Assembly: GCA_022508565.1 (NCBI GenBank)
Contig: JAFLUY010000006.1
Span: 45,149-109,148, forward strand
Length of the DNA: 64,000 bases
Origin: Erysipelotrichales bacterium
GTDB taxonomy: Bacteria; Bacillota_I; Bacilli_A; RF39; UBA660
Direction of reading: 5' to 3'
Shown here: positions 58,960-64,000 of the stretch, piece by piece
How positions within the stretch are numbered: position 1 is the stretch's first letter
Layout of the letters: each line of letters opens with the position of its first letter
Notes under the pieces: model-generated
What the model saw: the letters and a program-made list of their open reading frames with translations, nothing else
The model's database searches: none
Told to the model about the DNA's origin: nothing
Position numbers and translations under genes: made by a program

Positions 58960-60335
58960 TGGGATTATTTCAAAAGTTTAAAGAAGTATTTCAAAGCAAA
59001 AAACAAAGAGAAGAAGAATTAAAAAATCTTTTAGAAAATGATAAATCAGAAGAACTTGATGATGATTTAGAAAAAGATGAAGAAATAATAGAAGAAGTAA
59101 CTGAAGAAGATCAAGATGAAATAGCATACACCGATGAATCTATTCATGATGAAGAAATCATAGATGGAACTGAAGTAATAGAAGAAGCAGAAAAAACTAT
59201 AGTCCAAGAAGTTACTAAAGTTGAAGAAGATGCTGAAGTTGAAAAAGAAGAAGTAGCTATTGAAGAAGTAGAAGATGATGTTCATATAACGGAAGATGAA
59301 CCTACCGAAGATAAAGAAGTAGAAGAAAAAGAAGAAATTATCGAAAAAGTTCAAGAAAAAGCACCATCTAAAAAAAAGAAAAAAGGTTTATTTAAGTTAT
59401 CCGAAAGAGACGTTGATTTAGTTACTTATGATAAAGGTTTAGAAAAAACTAGAAAAGAATTTGTTTCTGAATTAACTCTACTTGGTAAAAGATTTACAAA
59501 AGTAACTGAAGAATATTATGAAGAACTAGAAAATCTACTTATTAAAGCTGATATCGGTGTTACAACTGTATTTAAATTTCTAGATAGATTAAGAGATCGT
59601 GTTAAACATGAAAACATTACTGATACTTCATATTTGACAGAAGTTATAGTTGATGAATTATTTATGATATATGTTGAAGGTGAAAGTTTAACAGATAAAA
59701 TAAATATTGCCGAAGAAGGACCAACAGTTATTTTAATGGTTGGTGTTAATGGAGTAGGAAAAACAACAACTATTGGTAAACTTGCTAATAAATATAAAAA
59801 TGAGGGTAAAAAAGTAATGCTTATTGCTGGTGACACATTTAGAGCAGGTGCTGTTCCTCAGCTTGAAGAATGGGCTAATCGTACAAACTCTTTATTTTAT
59901 GGTAAAGAAAATACTGATCCAGCAGGTGTAATATTCGATGGTTTAGTAAAAGCTAAGGAAGAAAATGTTGATATTGTTCTTATTGATACAGCAGGACGTT
60001 TACAAAATAAAGTTAATTTAATGAATGAATTAGAGAAAATTAATAAAGTAATTGGTAAGCATGTGCCAAATGCACCTCATGAAACACTTTTAATAATTGA
60101 TGCAACTACAGGACAAAATGGTATAAGCCAAGCAGAGAGTTTTAAAAGTATAACTAATATCACAGGTATAGTTTTAACTAAACTTGATGGAACTGCCAAA
60201 GGTGGAATAGTTTTAGCTATTAAAGAAGTTGTAGGTCTACCAGTTAAGTTTGTAGGATTAGGTGAGGGAGTTAATGACTTGAGAGCCTTTGATATTGAAG
60301 ATTATATTTATGGATTATTTAAGGATATGATGTAA
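58959..60335 (+). CDS. ftsY: signal recognition particle receptor FtsY
   Basis: Acidic N-terminus, NG domain with GVNGVGKTTTIGKLA, DTAGR and TKLDGTAKGG. Confidence 0.95.
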   Translation: MGLFQKFKEVFQSKKQREEELKNLLENDKSEELDDDLEKDEEIIEEVTEEDQDEIAYTDESIHDEEIIDGTEVIEEAEKTIVQEVTKVEEDAEVEKEEVAIEEVEDDVHITEDEPTEDKEVEEKEEIIEKVQEKAPSKKKKKGLFKLSERDVDLVTYDKGLEKTRKEFVSELTLLGKRFTKVTEEYYEELENLLIKADIGVTTVFKFLDRLRDRVKHENITDTSYLTEVIVDELFMIYVEGESLTDKINIAEEGPTVILMVGVNGVGKTTTIGKLANKYKNEGKKVMLIAGDTFRAGAVPQLEEWANRTNSLFYGKENTDPAGVIFDGLVKAKEENVDIVLIDTAGRLQNKVNLMNELEKINKVIGKHVPNAPHETLLIIDATTGQNGISQAESFKSITNITGIVLTKLDGTAKGGIVLAIKEVVGLPVKFVGLGEGVNDLRAFDIEDYIYGLFKDMM

Positions 60336-60616
60336 TGGATGAATTAAATTATTTAACTGGGCTTTATGATTATTATAAAAATTTATTAACTGATAAACAA
60401 AGAAGTTATTTTGAAGATTATTATTTTGATAATTTATTAATGGATGAAATAGCTGAAAATAATAATGTTAGTAAAAATGCAGTTAGTAAATCTTTAATCG
60501 AAGTAAAAGAAAAATTGCTTGAATATGAGAGTTTATTAAAATTGTATGATAATAAAATGCATATAACTTCTTTGCTTGATACTGAAACTTGCAAAAAAAT
60601 TATCGATTATATATAA
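60335..60616 (+). CDS. ylxM: UPF0122 / YlxM putative DNA-binding protein
   Basis: 93 aa with a sigma-70 r4-like HTH (MDEIAENNNVSKNAVSKSL); position immediately after ftsY. Confidence 0.7.
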   Translation: MDELNYLTGLYDYYKNLLTDKQRSYFEDYYFDNLLMDEIAENNNVSKNAVSKSLIEVKEKLLEYESLLKLYDNKMHITSLLDTETCKKIIDYI

Positions 60617-60650
60617 TAGTACTTACTTTTAAGTACTATTTTTTGGGGTG

Positions 60651-61337
60651 ATGAATAGTATGCATGATATTATTAATCTTATTGGTAATAAAAACCAAAA
60701 CAATGAGGTATTAAATGAAGTAGACATTAAGTTTATAATTGATCGTTTATGCTCTTTGTATGGAATTACTTTATCAGATATAAAACCAATATTTGCTGGC
60801 AAACGTTTTATGTGTTATGAAGCAATTAATAATATTTTATATATTAACTATAAAAAGATAAAATACTATAATTGCGCTGCCTTAAATAATTATAGAATAA
60901 TGTTTACTATTGTTCATGAATTAAGACATTATTGCCAATTTCACTATTGTTTAGATGAAGGCGATGATGTTGCAAATCTTTATCTTGTGTGTTTTGATTG
61001 GTTATCAAAAGATAATTTGATATCAAAAGTTTTTTATGGTAAAAATCACGATTATTTCCCAATTGAATTAAATGCTGATATAGTAGCAATATTATTTATT
61101 CTATATATTACTAAATATCTTGGGGATGAAATCTATTATACAATTTATTTAAATGAACTAGATGCTAAAATTAGAATGATTTATTCTAAAAAATGTTCAG
61201 ATGTTTTAAACTGTTTGTATGAAGAATCTCAAATTAAAAATTTAAAAGAAAATATGAGTGAATATAATCAATTTTTAAATGGTATTTTAAATAATAAAGA
61301 AAAAAGTAATAATATAAAGCAAATGTTATTAGTTTGA
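60651..61337 (+). CDS. hypothetical protein with an HExxH motif (VHELRH); start uncertain (60651 or 60660)
   Basis: GGGGTGA RBS. Single HELRH motif, otherwise no recognisable family. Confidence 0.45.
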   Translation: MNSMHDIINLIGNKNQNNEVLNEVDIKFIIDRLCSLYGITLSDIKPIFAGKRFMCYEAINNILYINYKKIKYYNCAALNNYRIMFTIVHELRHYCQFHYCLDEGDDVANLYLVCFDWLSKDNLISKVFYGKNHDYFPIELNADIVAILFILYITKYLGDEIYYTIYLNELDAKIRMIYSKKCSDVLNCLYEESQIKNLKENMSEYNQFLNGILNNKEKSNNIKQMLLV

Positions 61338-61385
61338 TAACTTTCATTAATTTAATATATATGTTTTTGTTTTTATGTTATAATT

Positions 61386-62054
61386 ATGTTAGTAGGTGAT
61401 ATTGTGAAAATTAAGAAAATATTAATATTGATACTTTTTGCGCTTGCATTTATACCTAACAGTGTATTTGCAGCTAAATCTTGTGAAAGCTATACTGCTG
61501 ATAGTTGTCCGCTAAATAATTGTTTAGTAGAAGATGGAAAATGCGTAAAAGGTCATATAGGCGAAAATTTTTGCTCGCAAGATGATGTAATAAAAGCTGT
61601 TAGGGTAACAGGTTATTTTGTTTTAGCTATGAGAATTGCTGTACCGCTTATTATTATCATATTTGGAACATTTGATATTTATAAGGCAGTATTTGGTGGG
61701 GATGAAAAATCATTGTCAGCTTCAGCAAAGAAATTTGGAATTAGATTTTTAATCGGTTTTTCAGTATTTCTTCTTCCATCAATATTACACATTATCTTAT
61801 CAACATTAAATTCATACAATGCTATAAGTGATGATGCTAATATTTGTCAAACTTGTCTATTGAAACCAAGTGAGTGTGAAGATGGCATTCCGAAAGATAC
61901 AAATCCATTTGATGATGATTTGTTTGAAAAAACAGATGAAGAAATTGAAAAAGAAAAGAATTATTGCCTTCAATTCCATAGCGGAAATTGCGTCTCTGGT
62001 AGTTCAGCAAAATGTATTTGGGATAATAAAAATACCATATGTGTACCAAAATAA
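61386..62054 (+). CDS. secreted/membrane Cys-rich hypothetical protein (signal peptide, two TM helices, Cys-rich N- and C-terminal segments); start possibly GTG 61404
   Basis: AGGTGA RBS before the GTG at 61404. KIKKILILILFALAFIPNSVFA signal peptide. Confidence 0.5.
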   Translation: MLVGDIVKIKKILILILFALAFIPNSVFAAKSCESYTADSCPLNNCLVEDGKCVKGHIGENFCSQDDVIKAVRVTGYFVLAMRIAVPLIIIIFGTFDIYKAVFGGDEKSLSASAKKFGIRFLIGFSVFLLPSILHIILSTLNSYNAISDDANICQTCLLKPSECEDGIPKDTNPFDDDLFEKTDEEIEKEKNYCLQFHSGNCVSGSSAKCIWDNKNTICVPK

Positions 62055-62207
62055 ACTGTAGTTAAAATTACGATTACAAATTCTCAAATTTGAAATATTA
62101 ATAGCAACATCAATAGAAGAATTGTTAATAAAATATGATGTTATTATTACGTGTTTTAAAAATTAATAAATCATATCTAAAAAAATTATAAATAAATAAG
62201 AGCTAGT

Positions 62208-62450
62208 TTATTGAGTTAAACTAGCTCTTGTTTTGCCCATGTACATCTTTTTTAATATTACTGAATTTAACAAAGCGGTTAATAATGCAGCAATAATAAG
62301 TGTTTCTTTAAATAGAGAAGGAATATATTCAAATTCACCCTCTAAATTTCCAATTACTCCTAAAACAATTAAGAATGGAGCAATTCCAATAATAAATCCA
62401 AAAAAGGATATTTTAGTTTTATTGATGTCATATTCTCTGTTGTATTTCAT
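62208..62450 (-). CDS. small two-TM membrane protein
   Basis: AGAGG RBS. Strong hairpin (AAGAGCTAGTTTA...TAAACTAGCTCTT) over the stop codon. Preferred over the overlapping plus-strand ORF. Confidence 0.5.
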   Translation of the reverse strand: MKYNREYDINKTKISFFGFIIGIAPFLIVLGVIGNLEGEFEYIPSLFKETLIIAALLTALLNSVILKKMYMGKTRASLTQ

Positions 62451-62588
62451 AATTTCTTAACCTCTAATACAATTATAAACTATTGAGTAAAAAAAATATA
62501 GCCTTTTTTATTAATTTTAGTTTTATTTTTGCCTATTGAAAAATAATTCATATAATGATATTATAAATCTTAAAAAAGAGGTGTATAC

Positions 62589-63110
62589 ATGAAAGATTAT
62601 AGTTTTGGAGATAAAGAATATAGAAAAACATTTATAAAAAAATATAGAGTTTCAAACGATAAAACTCAATATATTATATATTATGCTGATGGTTCTATTA
62701 GACATGTTGATCGTACTCCTGAAAGTCGACAACAAATCACTGAAATAATGAAACAACAAATTGAAGCGGCTTATAGTAGAATAAGCAATAGAGATAGTGT
62801 GTCTCATTATCAAGGAGAAGATATACTTGCATATTTAGTAGAAGTACTTGCTATTAAATTAAAAGAAAAAGATATTATTAAAAATAAATTATTTGCAGAT
62901 AATTTAGATTTTATTAATGAACTTATTAGAAATAGGGATCTTGCTTGGACTAATAATTTATCTTTATGGCTTCAAGATCAAATAATATGGCCTTGGAATA
63001 AAAGAGAAAATGGCTATGAATTTACTTTAAGCTCTGCTGATATGTTTAGCTTAGGAGATGTTAAAGAACTTGTAATGTGTGCTCAACAACAGGGTAAAAA
63101 AAGTAATTAA
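62589..63110 (+). CDS. hypothetical protein (173 aa)
   Basis: AAGAGGTG RBS. No recognisable motif. Confidence 0.5.
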   Translation: MKDYSFGDKEYRKTFIKKYRVSNDKTQYIIYYADGSIRHVDRTPESRQQITEIMKQQIEAAYSRISNRDSVSHYQGEDILAYLVEVLAIKLKEKDIIKNKLFADNLDFINELIRNRDLAWTNNLSLWLQDQIIWPWNKRENGYEFTLSSADMFSLGDVKELVMCAQQQGKKSN

Positions 63111-63155
63111 TATATATTTTAATTAAAAATAAAAAACAACAATTAATTTGTTGTT

Positions 63156-63533
63156 TTAATTTTTTATTTGTGTGTATTCTATATAATCACATACTATATA
63201 AATTTCTGGATCTTTTTCTTTATTAGCAAAGCAAATAAAATTTTTATTTTTAATTTTTACAAATTTTAAAAAGACTTCACTAATGTAATCCCAGGAAAAC
63301 ATTTCCTTGCAATTAAATTCATCAACACCATAAAATATTATTTTTAAGGTAACACTATTTGTTTTGAAAGAATTATCTTCGTTTAAGACTATATCTTCTT
63401 TCCACATAGTGTTTATAATTATTTCTATTTTTGAATTTTTAATATCATAGTTGATATTTTCAATGTCGCTATCATGTAAGCAATGATAAGTCTCTAAAAA
63501 TGTTGATAAATTATTTTCTGTAATACGTTCCAT
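63156..63533 (-). CDS. hypothetical protein (125 aa)
   Basis: AAGGAG RBS. No recognisable motif. Confidence 0.5.
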   Translation of the reverse strand: MERITENNLSTFLETYHCLHDSDIENINYDIKNSKIEIIINTMWKEDIVLNEDNSFKTNSVTLKIIFYGVDEFNCKEMFSWDYISEVFLKFVKIKNKNFICFANKEKDPEIYIVCDYIEYTQIKN

Positions 63534-63624
63534 AAAATAACTCCTTACTTTTATTTAATTTATTTTCTTTAGGCTTTTTTATTGTATTTTACTAATTATG
63601 TATAAACAATTATTTAAAAAATAA

Positions 63625-63650
63625 AAAAGAGTGTTTGGCACTCTTTTATT
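63625..63650 (-). terminator. terminator hairpin downstream of tRNA-Ala (AAGAGTG-CCAAAC-CACTCTT plus T-run on the minus strand)
   Basis: 7-bp inverted repeat followed by a T-run on the minus strand. Confidence 0.55.
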
Positions 63651-63656
63651 TACTAA

Positions 63657-63733
63657 TGGTGGAGAATAGGGGATTCGAACCCCTGACCCCCACGGTGCAA
63701 GCGTGGTGCTCTAGCCAGCTGAGCTAATTCCCC
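63657..63733 (-). tRNA. tRNA-Ala (anticodon UGC), G3:U70 pair present, CCA encoded
   Basis: The reverse complement GGGGAATTAGCTCAGCTGG...CTTGCAC...CTATTCTCCACCA has the acceptor stem with the G3-U70 wobble. Confidence 0.9.
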
Positions 63734-63773
63734 ATTAGCGACAAGTTAATGATAACAAAATCACTAATAAAAA

Positions 63774-64000
63774 TCAAGCATTTTTTTTGATTATTGCTAG
63801 AATATTTGAAAAAAGTAGGGTTTTATTATTATTTATTGTAATTTTTTTTGTTACACCATCTATTTTGGTAATAATTCCTTCTATTTTGTAAATATGATAT
63901 TGTTTATAAAAAATTACTTCTACTATATTGGAATTATTATATGATTCAATTAAATCATATTCTAAATATTCTATTTGCTCTGAAGATAAACTAGGTTTTT
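63774..64000 (-). CDS. hypothetical protein, 3' end only (gene continues beyond the window end)
   Basis: Open frame on the minus strand from the window edge to the TGA at 63774-63776 (…NIVEVIFYKQYHIYKIEGIITKIDGVTKKITINNNKTLLFSNILAIIKKNA). Confidence 0.35.
   Translation of the reverse strand, partial: KPSLSSEQIEYLEYDLIESYNNSNIVEVIFYKQYHIYKIEGIITKIDGVTKKITINNNKTLLFSNILAIIKKNA

Noticed and set aside
59040-59400. GAA/GAT-rich repetitive stretch
   Set aside because: It encodes the usual acidic N-terminal A-domain of FtsY.
11372-62460. Many short ORF-track entries, mostly antisense to strong genes (11372-11602, 11818-12024, 16851-17033, 17184-17450, 17604-17792, 17975-18361, 22465-22689 plus-strand internal, 24987-25172, 25630-25890, 35168-35419, 36921-37451, 41230-41469, 41531-41731, 44208-44426, 44720-44947, 45628-45813, 48556-48813, 49682-49873, 50983-51210, 51573-51908, 56424-56630, 59067-59354, 59516-59836, 60907-61089, 61837-62049, 61870-62061, 62233-62460)
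   Set aside because: They lie entirely inside or antisense to well-supported genes, lack RBSs, and translate to low-complexity L/F/I/S-rich peptides, as expected by chance in about 70% AT DNA.
62233-62460. Plus-strand 75-aa ORF overlapping 62208-62450
   Set aside because: The minus-strand ORF has an RBS, a terminator hairpin and a two-TM hydropathy profile; the plus-strand product is less protein-like.
1-64000. CRISPR arrays, cas genes, transposases, integrases, prophage structural genes
   Set aside because: No regularly spaced direct repeats and no recognisable transposase or integrase/recombinase motifs were seen on either strand.

Overview
AT-rich (roughly 70% A+T by eye), densely coded chromosomal segment of a low-GC Gram-positive bacterium (Bacillota). 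It appears to be a spore-former, because a clear stage IV sporulation protein A (spoIVA) homolog is present. Most genes are on the plus strand and are recognisable housekeeping genes:
- three tRNA genes (Leu-UAG, CAU-anticodon Ile2/Met, Ala-UGC)
- a Thr-specific T-box leader in front of thrS
- a nearly complete NAD salvage/recycling regulon (pncA, pncB, Nudix ADP-ribose pyrophosphatase, nadE, prs, nadD, pncC/cinA, ADP-ribosylglycohydrolase, nrtR), with the same promoter/operator module in front of its two operons
- coaE and coaD, a MiaB/MtaB-like methylthiotransferase, def, miaA, spoIVA
- a CpsB/CpsD/CpsC tyrosine phosphatase / BY-kinase / modulator trio
- hup (HU), a VanY-like carboxypeptidase, murG, divIB/ftsQ, queH, an LtaS-like protein, ftsY and ylxM.
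Accessory or poorly characterised content is interleaved:
- a large ankyrin-like hypothetical gene (877 aa)
- a 733-aa protein with three tandem ~100-aa internal repeats and a sigma-70 region-4-like C-terminus
- a putative thioester-domain (TED) surface adhesin with a VPATG sorting signal, followed by an overlapping sortase gene and, convergently, a class-B-like sortase carrying a 270-aa N-terminal extension
- a small ORF between the T-box terminator and a thrS that lacks its N-terminal TGS domain
- a metallopeptidase-like gene with an in-frame stop after codon 10
- an orphan type IV pilin
- a three-gene cluster of secreted/membrane proteins with a ~45-nt direct repeat flanking one member.
No CRISPR array, transposase or integrase was recognised. 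Several ORF-track entries are spurious antisense ORFs, and many true starts lie downstream of the listed ORF start; they were reassigned from RBS position.
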